This document shows, in pieces, positions 43,605 to 57,167 of a stretch of DNA of 64,000 nucleotides. The notes below the pieces were generated by a model. It was not told where the DNA came from. It saw nothing but the letters and a program-made list of their open reading frames with translations, and did not search any database. The DNA comes from Eledone cirrhosa (lineage: Eukaryota): contig OZ024742.1 of assembly GCA_964016885.1 (NCBI GenBank), forward strand, positions 230,392,001 to 230,456,000, in the 5' to 3' direction. Numbering within the stretch: the stretch's first letter is position 1; each line of letters opens with the position of its first letter. Made by a program: the position numbers and the translations under genes.

Positions 43605-43822
43605 TCTTGGCGATGTTTACATCATGCAATAATACACACAGTCATGCATACGAGTGTGATGGAACCCCATCGGTTCCGACGGCAAATGCTCCAGTTAACG
43701 GATCAATGGAAAGGTCTGCTCAAGAAATTAACGTACAAATGATTGAACATTCAAAACATATAGATCCTAGAGAGAATCAGCCTGGCACAGAATGCCTTCT
43801 GATGTCCAGATACAACTCATTG

Positions 43823-44008
43823 AATTGGCAGTATCGGCAGAGGGTCGGACACGATGCTTTGCAGCATAGAGTTACGTCCCTTTACGGTCTGAGTTCAAAT
43901 CCCTCCGAGGTTAATTTTGCCTTTCATTCTTATGAGGTCGATAAAATAAAGCATCAGTGATGCACTGGGCAATTGCTGGCCTTGTGCCACAATTAGAAAC
44001 AATTATTA
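43823..44008 (+). mobile_element. tRNA-derived SINE
   Basis: Full-length family match. Confidence 0.9.
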
Positions 44009-44299
44009 TAGCCAGCTGAACAGACAGGATTAACGTGATAAAAGGTGTTGTTCAAGAATATAACGTGCCAACAGGTATTGAACTCACGAAGGCACGATCG
44101 TCAGGCGGTCAAGCTAAACACTAATCCACACATATATATATACCTACAGACGTACATACATACGCACACAAATACACTCTCACATATGTGAACATATTTT
44201 AATCGATGAGTGTTCCAGCTGTTTGATGAACAGAAGAGCCTGCTCATGAAATTAAACACTAAGTAGGTGAGCATTCCAGGGACACTGTCCTAATAATGC

Positions 44300-44338
<39 letters not shown>

Positions 44339-44360
44339 CATACACACACATACACACACT

Positions 44361-44431
<71 letters not shown>

Positions 44432-45264
44432 GTATGCATGTATGTGGGCGTGTGTGTGTGTAGGCGTATGAGTGTGTATGTACGCGAATCTGTGCATTGA
44501 CTGAGAGACGAGATAAACTATATATTAGTTATGCATTATTTTCCAGTGGACTATTACAATATAGATTTACAGTATTTGCATCGACACCAAATACTTCTTA
44601 TTGTTATCACAGAATTAATACAAAAAATTGATATTTTTTCATGTAAATCAGAACAGATACCGTACGTCTTTATGTATGTAAATGTATATATACCTACGTC
44701 CCCCTCTATCTATCTCTCTCTCTCTCTCATTTCTATATAGAGAACGAGGTAGATAGATAGGCAGAGATAGAGATAGATAGAGAGATAGATGGTGAGAATT
44801 CTTAACGTAAAGGATAAGTGCTATAACAGCCGATTTCTATAAACAATTGCTGAGAGAGCGAGTGAATGAGTGAGAGAGAGAGAGAGGAAGAGAGAGATAG
44901 AGAGGGTGGAGAGAGAGAGGGGGAAAGGAGACTCGTGTAAAAATACGTGGAGACAGACAAAGAAAATAGACATAGCTAGGCACCGACGAAGATTCGAAAT
45001 TCGTGTCGCTCGAATATCGTGCATATGCTTTCCATTTAGGCTAAGAAAACAAATAACCCACCCTTCCGTCTATATTAACATGCTATACTAAACATCTTGA
45101 GGCTAGGATGTAGGCAAATTGTGGATCTTAATTAAGGCCAAGTCATCTGAGAACGTAATAATCTCTTCTATGGTATTGAACACATATTCTGAACACCGCC
45201 ATACTATGCGAGAAAAGAGTACTCAATACTGAAGTAGAGTTCAAATATTCATTTTATTATTGCT

Positions 45265-45374
45265 AAATAGTGAGTCTTGTTACTCTGGAGTTTCGCCTGT
45301 TTCTCACAAGGTCATCTTATTTGATCACCCTTTGAGAAACAGGCGAAACTCCAGAGTAACAAGAGTCACTATTT
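45265..45374. repeat. Fold-back element with degenerate hammerhead
   Basis: Arms about 45 bp. Plus strand: tcttat-TTGATCA-ccctttgagaaacaggc-GAAAC-tccaga-GTA-acaaga. Confidence 0.75.
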
Positions 45375-45388
45375 GACCTTAATAACAA

Positions 45389-45458
<70 letters not shown>

Positions 45459-45724
45459 AGGTGGCGAATCGACGTCAGATAGAATGCTTTACAATATTTG
45501 TCCCACTTCATTCCATACTCTGAGTTCAAATCCTGCCGGGTTCAACTTTGCCTTTTAAACTTTCAAGGTTGATAAAAAAAAGTACCAGTCCAGTACTGGC
45601 GTTGAATCTTCCTCTATAGACCTGGAGAGGGTTGGATTCTACTATGTTTAAAAGCATCCTAAACACGCCGTTTGACGGTGCCTCTACGACTCCGCAATAC
45701 TCCTTTATATATTATATATATTGA

Positions 45725-45866
45725 AATTAAATGAGAAAAACCTCTAAGTCTGGCAGTATAAGCAAGATAGACAAAAAATGATTTCTATCTAACATCGCTT
45801 TAGATAGAATTCTTTTATGTCCAACTTGTTTATACCCCCAGACTTAGAGGTTTTTCTCATTTAATT
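45725..45866. repeat. Imperfect ~65-bp-arm inverted repeat
   Basis: aattaaatgagaaaaacctctaagtctgg...ccagacttagaggtttttctcatttaatt. Confidence 0.85.
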
Positions 45867-45936
45867 CTAGTATATAATATTGCTTGTCTGAAAGAAGTCT
45901 TTCATTGAGATGTTTACGTATTAGAGACAAATTAAA

Positions 45937-45973
<37 letters not shown>

Positions 45974-46914
45974 CAGAAAATAATGTATATATATATATTG
46001 CTATACTTTAGGAGGGTCATGTTGCCAATAAGAAACACACGCACCAGATGCTTTCACTCCAAAAGTATAACAATATCGGTTTCAACACACGTTTTCAGAT
46101 AAAGAATCTTGCTAAACAAATTCAGAAACGAAATGTGTATATATATATACATAATAGAAATGAAAGTGATCATTGGTACAGTAAAGTACATTCTCTGATT
46201 CACGATGACATTTTAAAAACTTTCATTATGTCTATATATGAATTATGTTATGTATAGTGGGCGCAAAAATAATGTTCCCTCTTCGAATCCACTACCTCTT
46301 TTACAATAGCCTCGGTATTGGCATTGATATTGGATTGAGGGAAACTGTATCGGCGATTGTCTGATGGACTCTAGCTCTAATACAGAAGAGATAGCCTTGT
46401 CACATTCTGTGTTATGCTGAATTTCCCTAAGAATTACATTAAATATACACATGTCGTGGAATTCATATACTTACAAGCGAGTTCTGTTGATGGAACAATT
46501 CGAAAGCTCATCGTCAAAACCGTAGTACATCCATTTCCGTATTTATAGTAACATATCACGTATATTTCCAATAAATCACTGAAAATGACATCTATAACGA
46601 TATCCACTTCTCCTGTAAATGCACCATAATTGGTCGAAGCAATAATAGCGGAATGGCAGAACAGTAGAATAGCAGAATAACAAAATATTTAGTTGTACAT
46701 ATTTTGACAGGACATACGTTATATTTTATGTTATGCTCAGTTTCGTATTATGCTATATATTTTAACAATTTACCAGGATATATATTCAACAATGAATATA
46801 TATCTGAGACATCTAATAATATTAAATATGAATTATTTATTCTGATAATTCAGTTGTATATCGATTGTTGCTGCTGTTCGTTGAATGCACCCCCCCCCCC
46901 CACACACACATACA

Positions 46915-46957
<43 letters not shown>

Positions 46958-47410
46958 ATATATATATATACATACTATTGATTGACATGTTTACGATCAG
47001 AATCGTTTTGCTCTAAACGATGGACTAATTGATATATGAATAGGTGATAGGCGCTGAAATTTAAACAGAGTGCGGTTACAAAAGAAGCAGGATTGTCTGG
47101 GGAAAGCAAATATGGTAGTAGCAAGAGGTAAAATAATGTAAGGAAAGGCCGAACAACATATAATATCAAAATGAACATGGAAAGTGTGACACTGAGGGAG
47201 GCTAGTTGGGTAATTATTGATGTATATTAAATACTAGTCGCTCGTGTCATCAATAACGTGTTCTAATTGAACAATTTAGGTGAAGGTGAAATGCCGATTT
47301 TACCGGACCCTGTGTTTTACTGGGAATCTATTTTGACTAATCCGCCCCTCCCCTCTCTATCTATCTCTCTCTGAGTGTTGTCAATGAAGACAGACGTTGA
47401 ATCTAATATT

Positions 47411-47594
47411 TAATTGTTTCTACTTTAGGCACAAGGCCAGCAATTACCCAGTGCATTACTGGTACTTTATTTTATAGACCCCGTAAGGATGAAAGGCAAA
47501 GTCAACCTCGGCGGGATTTGAACTCAGATCGTAAAGGGACGTAACTATGCTGAAAAGCATGGCGTCCGACCCTCTACCGATACTGCCAATCCAC
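47411..47594 (-). mobile_element. tRNA-derived SINE
   Basis: Near-identical to 23249-23430; short TSD atttaat. Confidence 0.92.
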
Positions 47595-49108
47595 ATTTAA
47601 TGATAGGACAGTGAGCCTGTGTCCTTTTTATTATTTTTTATAGGATATTCGAGATTGTTCCTCTTCCGCCTGAATGTAGAGCGTGTGTTACTGTAATGTC
47701 GTGGTTGGTCGACGTTTCTCAAAAGGATGATGGAAGTTCAAATCTTTCATATGACGTTAAAATAAAGCCTTAAAATGTAATTGAGAAGAAAGAATGAAAT
47801 GTAAAATAAAAAATATATAAAAAAACAACAAAAAATCGGAATATATATAGATAATTATATATAAAGGTGTGTGTGTACGTGCGTGTGCGTTTATGTGCAT
47901 GTGTGTGCGTGTGCGTGTGAATGTGTGTAAAGCAGGGTTCGAATCGGAGAATCCCTTATGGTTCATTCCCAACTGCTTGAAAAAGCACTCAGGATGGTTA
48001 GCACATTCGAGATGATTATCTTTGTTGTTATAAAATTAGTATCAATAAGCCTTCCTGGGTAACTACATACCTTTATATATAATTCCATTTCTGCACTTGC
48101 TTTTCGATTGTCACTTTTCGTTTTTGTGTGATGCTGGAAGGAACCTACCAACAAACATTTATCTTTTATATTATGTATAGATTATATATAAACGTTTCTA
48201 TCATATCATAAACGTTTATATATTTCCATCGTTATAACATAACTCTTATTTCCGTCGCTAATCTCATTTTCTGCTTTTTCAACATATCTATATGCATATA
48301 TATAGTTGCTTATATCAATACGCACACTACATATGCTAGCAGAAAACCACCCACAGGGCGGTTCCTCTGCTAATGTATTTAATGTTTTGAATGCAGTATT
48401 AGTAGGCCTTATATACCATGATTACAAAGCATATGAAAACTCATAATAAGCAGAGACATTGGCGTTTTGATAAATTAATAGTTACGTAAGAGAAGCCTAT
48501 AGTTTATGTTGGTTACTGATGCGGGGAAGTGATGAAAGAGTAAAGAGAAGAATGGGTTAAATATAAGAATGATATTTATTTCTACTACCTATTTGCATAG
48601 ATCTTCAGCATGTACACTTGAGATATATGATTACATGTGTGGGTATCGATGGTGAGAACAATTTACAAGGGAAAATGTAGAGTTAGAATCAAATAATTTC
48701 GATTGGAAAGCGAACTACTTATTGTAGCAACATCACTGAGATAGGAAATGAATTTCTTGATGGGTATATGTTTGTAGAGGCATACATATATAGAAATTAA
48801 ACACACACACACACATGCACATAATATTACTGTTGATATTTTAAAGGCTTATTAGACATATTAAACGATGTATATTAAACATATCTAGAAAGGTATATTG
48901 ATCGTATTAATCAATATATATTTCGAATGTATTTATAGAAGCATATTAAAGGTATATTAATGGTTATTAAACAATAACTACGTTTTCTCCTTCTAGTGGA
49001 TATGTTGTAACTATTTCGGAAATATAAATTACTACAAAGGAATGATATACATGCTAATATATTTTGTAAATATACATATGTATGTATCTCCCCACATATA
49101 TATATGTT

Positions 49109-49141
<33 letters not shown>

Positions 49142-49269
49142 CTATTTCGTTTCTGAATTTGTTTAGCAAGATTCTTTATCTGAAAACGTGTGTTGAAACC
49201 GATATTGTTATACTTTATAAATTTCCGGTTGGTTGGTTGGTTCCACAACCAGACGATTGTTCATATATT

Positions 49270-49312
49270 GTCAAAGTTCTTTCGTCACACAGTGTGTGAC
49301 CTCTTCAGTGAC
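49270..49312 (-). ncRNA. Minimal type I hammerhead ribozyme
   Basis: gtca-CTGAAGA-g-gtcacac act gtgtgac-GAAA-gaa-CTT-tgac. Helix II is 7 bp and helix I is 4 bp. Confidence 0.68.
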
Positions 49313-49631
49313 TGGGGATTCTTTTCTTTGTTTTTGTGCTTCTCCTTTGTTCTGTCCTGCGCCATATTTATATGTCTGGTTCGCTCATCAGATAGAGAGG
49401 TTATGAAAATATGAAAATACGAAATTTCGTATTTTCGTATTTTCCTATTGTCTAGGGTCCTGAAACCTTTGGTAATCGAGTAGTTATATCGTGTTTCGTT
49501 CCCTTTCGCATTAAATAGCTTTGTTTTATAGATAGACGACTAATTTTCCTTTGCTTTTTCTTCGGAAATACTTAAAACATATATGTATATATATATATAC
49601 GTGTGCATATATATATATATGTATATATATA

Positions 49632-49715
<84 letters not shown>

Positions 49716-52166
49716 TGTGCATTTGCATATATTTGCATATATGCAGGCACACAGCTACACATATATGTACATATGCGCGTGCATTTGAGTGAGTGTGTGT
49801 GTGTGTGTGAAAACAACCCATGGTCTGCTTCGTCCATTAGCATTTAGTTTTTCAATCATCTGAACGTCCTACAAATTAAAATGACGCGTTAGTAGTCTCT
49901 TACACTGTCGTTCCAACACTTAAGAAAATTCTCTGGCTGAATCAGCATAACAATATATAACAAACCTGGACATTTGAATATTCAGGTACAATTTGATAAG
50001 TTTACGCACAGAATCCGTCTACGTAATTTCACTGACTCGTAAAGAATAGCCGCCCTCCTTGATTTTACGTATATGAAAAATAAAGCTGACGTATTAAATG
50101 CGTGTGTATGTATTCTTATATGTCATGTTAGTGTGTTTGTTGTTTTTACATACAGTGCCCTCACATTGGTGCATTTATTTGTTATTCATATTACGTTATT
50201 GTTTCTACCGAATGTCTCTTGTTTGTTAAATAATTTGATGTAAATATTTACCCCAATCAGAAGGTTAATTAAATATCGCCCACAGATATATTATTACTCT
50301 GTGCCTAATGAGATCTTAGCACTTCGTTACCTCAGTCATTAAATTCTACAGAGAAATCAATTCAGTTCTTCTTTGTTAATACAAGTTAATAGTTACATCT
50401 CTGCACAGCCTTAAGTAAACGTTGATGCTAATAGCATAGCTGTTTACATAGATACACTTTGCCTCTTCTTATTGAACATATTTGTACTAATGTTACTTCT
50501 TCTCTATATCATATAACGACTATGATAAGCGTATTGATTGATGTAGGTTTTACGAAAACATAGCAATGTGTAAGAGGAAAGACAGTACATAAAATTAATA
50601 AATGTGTATTTTTTTAGAATTATCAACTAGAAAAAAATTAATTTGTATAGGATTTATTTCTATACATGAAGAACTACACTTATTTCAGCATGAATAGATG
50701 AATTTCTTATTTATATATTTCACCTATCAACGATATTTTGAGACATGGTTTAATTAAATTTATTCTCAGAGGATATCGATATTTAAAAAGAATGTACTTC
50801 ACAAATGCACATAAGACATATTTAACAAAGTTATAATCTACTCGGGTACTCAGTACATATTGATCAATGGAGAAGGAAGCAGGCGATAGAAATATACAAA
50901 CATATACTAGGTCTTAGAGTCAAATGGTGCATATATTGCAAATTTCAAGGACACAACGCTGCACCGTGTCTGGAATTCGAACGATTAACTTACGATCATG
51001 CGCCCAGCACCCCTAACCACTTTAATTTCTCACTAAATGCTGAGATATAAATTAAATTTGTAAAACAAATTTTTGTCTGTGATATTTTCACTAAAGATTT
51101 ATTTGTTTGGTTTTGAAAAGACTAAATAATTTATGCTAGTTTCATTGTTTCACTGGAAAAAGCTTCACAAAATATAACCAATTGAAATAAATAAATCATT
51201 AAATATATAATGATATAAATAAATACATAACCTCATAAGAAAAAAAACTATGTAAATATCTTAAAACAGATGGAGCTATTAATTCCCCGGATCAATATAT
51301 ATCACGTAAACATTTTTTGCTCTATTTTAGAAAATATACATGGTAGTACTATTTTCGTTTCATTGCTGTAATTAAAGAATTAACATGTTTAACACGTATA
51401 TAGATTTCTATACTTAAATATCGATTTCCCTTATGGCTAATGGCCATAGAGATCTGTACATATTTTAACTATAGTGATAGCGATAAAAGGTATATATGAA
51501 TATATTATATAATGGGAGGTAAGTCATAGCCAAGAGGTATTTAAACCGACATTCAATTCTTTGAGATACACTACACCACATGTATATATAAATATTGATG
51601 GCTAATAATGGAAATAAGACTAATCGAATTTGAATATATGACATCGATTTCATCAACCATGGTTATTTGTCAAGCATTTTATTTCATCGACGCACCCTAA
51701 TATCTGGCGAGGGCTGTGATTTGAACTACAGGTACACACACAACGTTTCGTTAAACCAGTCTATATATAGTAAATATTCTGTTAGTCTTTGATTGATTTC
51801 ACTCATTAGACTGCGGACATGCAGAACATAACACGTGGATCATATCAACCCCAGTACATTTTTATCGCGTCTGGTACATATTTAATGGATCTATTTCTGT
51901 CAAATTGTTACGTTACGCGATATAACATATAACTATGGGTGTAATGGTTAACACAGTGGTCATGATAGCCAAAGATGTGGGTTCGTGTCCCATCCATGTA
52001 CGTCAATGCTCATCCTTTTTCCATTCTGGGGTTTTTTATAACTGCAACTATTAGGCTAATTTACTTAGTCAAAAATACGGTGAAGCTCTATTTCACTATC
52101 TAATTCCCAAATTCTCTGGTGTTTGTTGTAAACAAAGGTAATCTTCAAAACAACGCTAAGCTTTGT

Positions 52167-52204
<38 letters not shown>

Positions 52205-52206
<2 letters not shown>

Positions 52207-52516
52207 TAAAGAAAAAAAGATGAAATCGAAAATGCAACTGGAGTCTTATTTTTTAAAAAATATATATATTTATTTGGTTCCTTTACCGGTTTCGCAGTTC
52301 TTCTGCTGTTCAAAAGTAGAGTTGAGATGGAGGGTCTATGGTTTTTCTCACAGACCCTCCATCTCAACCACAGACAAAACTACAGACCCTCCATCTCAAC
52401 TCTACTTTTGAAAAGCAGAAGAACTGCGAAACCGGTAAAGGAACCAAATAAATATATATATATTTTTTTAAATAAGACTCCAGTTGCATTTTCGATTTCA
52501 TCTTTATTTCTTTATA
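52205..52516. repeat. About 135-bp-arm fold-back element next to (TA)n with a variant hammerhead core
   Basis: Near-perfect arms. Contains ctt-TTGAAAA-gcag aagaa ctgc-GAAAC-cg-GTA-aag at 52405-52440 and an internal direct repeat acagaccctccatctcaac. Confidence 0.85.
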
Positions 52517-52571
52517 CTTTCACTCGTGTAGGACACCTCGGTTATTTTTCATTTTGTAAAAAAAACCTCAC

Positions 52572-52609
<38 letters not shown>

Positions 52610-52649
52610 GATATTAAATAAATGGAAACTATATTTATAAAACCATATT

Positions 52650-52715
52650 TATTTCATTATATATATTTCAGGGATATCATATTAAAAATATGGTATGCCT
52701 TCTTCAGACAAAATA
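52650..52715 (-). ncRNA. Type I hammerhead ribozyme, family A, copy 3
   Basis: tattttgt-CTGAAGA-aggcataccata tttttaa tatgatatccct-GAAA-tatat-ATA-atgaaata. Confidence 0.68.
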
Positions 52716-54054
52716 CAATATAAACAGTCTTATAAATAGATAGATTTGACATACCTTACAACTTCAACTTCCATTTATAAGTATTTACTCGTTGTAACCC
52801 AACAATTTAAATAAATCTTTGCATATATATATATATATATATATATACAATTTTGCGCTGAAATATTTAGGAATATAGGTATCTATTAATTTATTAATGT
52901 CTGTGTATATATACCTATATATATATGTGTGTGTGTGTTTGTGTGTCTGGGTATGCATGTTGGTTTGTGTGAGTGTGTGGGGAGTATGCGTGAGGAGTAT
53001 TTCAATAATTCATTAATTTAAATGATGATTCATACCACCCACCGAACAGGTTCTAACAAAGTAATCTTCACTTATATAGAAAAATCATTAGTCTGGCCTT
53101 TGAACCAATTGATTCATCTATGGATATTGTTGCTAATAGCATGTTATTCAATTAGTCACATTTTACTTCAGGTTTCTCACGCCTTCCTCTTTCTCCTCCA
53201 CAATCGGCCAATTCGTTACGCTTGTCTTCGTCACCGCTAAATACAGTAGTGTTGCAACTCCATCGGTTTCCTCGACTAGACTTCTAGTTTTTCGAAAAAC
53301 ATCCCCGTAAAAATTAAGGTGTAATTGACTGAGTCTCCCACAAACACGAGGTGTAATCTTTTGGTGATATTCAGTATTTCTTCATATTTTCACATTCCAA
53401 TACTACTTTGCGAAGAATGTGTCTTTTGTCTAATGTAAACCCAGTTGTTTAAACAACGGAACAACTTCCTCGTGGAATTGTCGTGCAAGTGGTTGATTAT
53501 TTCAGAAGCATGTGCATACTTAACGTAATTCTTAGAAAGATTTACAAGTACAATTCTTTTCGTACCTTTTTGCCTGCTGGATAGACTGGAACAAGATATA
53601 GTAAACAGCTATGCTCAAGAATACAAAACGGCGCAGGGAATCGAACTCAAGATCATACGATTTTGAGTAGAACACTTTAACCACTAAGCTACATGCATTC
53701 TGCAGTAAATGCTAGAGTCATCATATCAGCAAATGCATTTGTTAAAATGAAGTACATAAATCAATAACTGAACATTCATTTATTAATAATATATATATAA
53801 AAACATCTAGTTTCACTTTACCTAGCGCTTGTTCTTCGGCAATTGTAAAGAAGCAATTTTATGAATGAGGTGTAAAGACGGGATTTTCCAAGATGTGCGT
53901 GGTGCTGGTAGCTGTGCTAACAGTGGGTGTCGAAGCAACTTGACAACTAGCTTGACAACGAACAACTTGATAACTTACGGGAAATAACTTTGTGACAAAC
54001 ATAATTTCAGTTTGAAAAGTTCCGTGTTATTATAACCTGATTTTAACCGGCAAT

Positions 54055-54221
<167 letters not shown>

Positions 54222-54539
54222 AAACCTTCTCATCAATTACGTCATCATTCTACACCAGGAAATTCATTTTCTGGCTGCATGGGCAATTATTGAAATTTAG
54301 AAAATCGAGGACACTTTCCTGGATAAATTTTATACAAATTCTACTAAATTCCAAAGATTAGATAACGATCAAAACAATAGTAGTAATAAAAATAATAATT
54401 ATTATTATTACTATCATTATTATTACTATTATTGTTGTTGTTGTTGTTATCTTTATTGTTCACCCTTGTAAGGCGTGGTTTAAATCTCCTACTTGAATCC
54501 CTTTGGGGATAAACCTATGTTTTTTTTTCAAAGACGCCC

Positions 54540-56100
54540 CTCAATTCTCGGTGAAATATAAAATGGCGGACAAAGATGTTGCGTCCGCTAAACGAAATGG
54601 CGGGCTGTCCATAGAGAACACACACAACTCTGAAAACAATGATAGCAGAGCCAGCAACTAAAAGTTATCTCGTGCAAACGAAGCGGATTTTCTGGTTTGC
54701 CAATGTTTACAACTATGAATGCCGTTGCGCCTATCACAACGACAATAGACACAGCAAACCACAGTAGCACCACCACCGCCGCCACCACAACCACCCCCAG
54801 CAGTGCAACTACCGAAACGAAAAACAAAATTAAAACGACGATATACAACTGCAGCGACATATGATAACAATAACATGAGCAAGAATAACAACAAGAACAA
54901 TAAAAACAGCAATAGCGACAACAACACCAACAGCAACACCAGCAATGATAAAAAGAATGACGGTGACAAGAGAAACGACACCACCAACAATAGAACCAAC
55001 AACAACTACAGCACAGTCGCAGACGCGGAGGCAAAATCAAGACAATTCTTTTAAGTTCATAAAGTCATTAAGAGAGGAAAAACATGGACCAACTTAAACC
55101 TTTCGGCCGAAATAATAGCAGAAACGCAAAGAAGGACACTGATTTATAGATACATTTCATTACAAACCCGTAAAGTAGAACTGATCCCCTAATTTCAAGT
55201 AGAGGTAGCATTGAAATGCATCAAAGAAGACGTGGAGTACATAGCAAGGGCCAGATATTTCGGTACCATCTCGGTACTGTTCAAAATTGAGGCTCTTACC
55301 ATAAAACATTTCGGACCACATTACCATGTAGCCGTTCCACGTGGGTAGTAGAACGGTGAAGGCACGCATTTCCAGGATCCGGTCTGACCTGAACTTATGG
55401 TGACTTCTGAGGTGCGTGTTCGAGGAGCGTACAGATGGTAACACCCTAGACGTAAGAACAAATTTCAGAGAAGACTGGTCCGGGATAAATTTGGAGATTA
55501 TGCGTCAAATCAACCCGGACGAACTTAAAAACATCCAATATTTGCCTCCAGGATGGTTCCACGTTACAAGTGCTCATTGAGGGAAGAAGGCCAAACTGCT
55601 TTGTCGGCGGGGACACATCTGTGAGTCTTCTGCCTTCAGCTGGAAAATGCAGGGGTCCACAAAACTCTGTTACTGCTAACTCCAGTCCTGGGACAAAAGA
55701 CCGCGACAGCAACAATAGTTAAAACAGCACCAACACGAGCGGCAGCAGCTAATGCATCACCAACAACAGCAACTAAAACAATCACCCCAAGGAGATGATG
55801 GCGAAACCTCTTCCACCTGTCTCCCCCTCTTTAAACAGTAAACACACATAAATACCCACACAAACACACACACCCATAAAACAGACACAGTGACATCGAC
55901 TTCTTCTTCAAATGCGAGAGTCAACCACAAAGAGCGAAATAACAAAAAACGGATACATAAAACAAACACACACAATAGAAAATGCAGACACCACACACAC
56001 AACAAACACAGACACATACAAAACAACACCACACCCCACCGTTACCACAATCACCCAAACGAAAACAGGCACACCCGAAACAACAAAGCACAAGTACCTT
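54540..56100 (+). mobile_element. Degraded LINE 5' region / ORF1 (gag-like zinc knuckle; Tx1/L1-like)
   Basis: At about 55563-55640, LQVLIEGRRPNCFV.G..GHI resembles a decayed CX2CX4HX4C knuckle. Flanked by low-complexity AAC-rich sequence; boundaries uncertain. Confidence 0.45.
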
Positions 56101-56995
56101 ATTAGGCAGTTTCAACTGACAGTTACCGACTAAATTTTCCTAATGTGCCAGTGTGAACATGGACCAACTGCATAGGTTCATCTAGATCGTATATAGATAG
56201 ATTATTTGTTAGGTCAGCAGATAAGGATAGTATAGGTTGTCCTCATTTACGAACGGTTGCCTTCACAGATTACAAATTTGTGAACTGCATGGTCGACCAA
56301 AAAGAACATGTAGACTAGGACCAGGTTACTCGAAGTTCAACACGTCATTCCCGACACGTAATGCCTACAGGGACCAGGTCACCAATTTAGTTAAGTGTAA
56401 GTTGACAGTGAGGTAATTGTAAATGTCATTGCAACTGATATGCTCGAGGCGAAAATATCATTGAACCATTTCTTCAATGCGAAACACGAAGGCTGGTGAA
56501 TTAACTAAATCGGCAAAATTTGGCTTTGCTCCTGATCCTTCAGGGGTTATTTAAATAATGCACTAAGGAAGTACTGGGGTTTACTCTTCATCGTATTTGA
56601 TATAACCCACCCCTTGCGCTGTGTTGTCAACAACATCGTTCCCCCTTATATCGTTTATACAAATCATGATCGTGATCATGCTAATGATAATAAGATTCGT
56701 GTTTAACATCATCATATTTTCAATAGCTTTATTTATGTTTGTATTGTATCAGTCTTCGTGTTTGTATGTCATATTTGTATTTAATGTGTGTGTTTGGATT
56801 GTTTTGTGTTGGTGTTTGTTTCTGCTTCTGGTGTCATTTTTGTGTTTCGTTTATTTGTTATCTGATATTGCCTATGATCTATGCGATCGATTAGCTTTGA
56901 TCTGTGTCTCATTCAGGAGATGCATGTGCTAATGTAACGTAACCATGTCACACACCGGATGTGGGACGTGTACGGAACACGCAATACCGGATACG

Positions 56996-57043
<48 letters not shown>

Positions 57044-57051
57044 CGTGTGTG

Positions 57052-57167
<116 letters not shown>

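Noticed and set aside
46385-46435. Second exon downstream of the 46475-46612 candidate
   Set aside because: The implied intron is only about 48 nt, and the sequence resembles an interspersed repeat also seen near 22990 and 43770.
54588-55054. Hydrophobic or Asn-rich ORFs as host genes
   Set aside because: They derive from AAC-rich low-complexity sequence within a probable decayed LINE.
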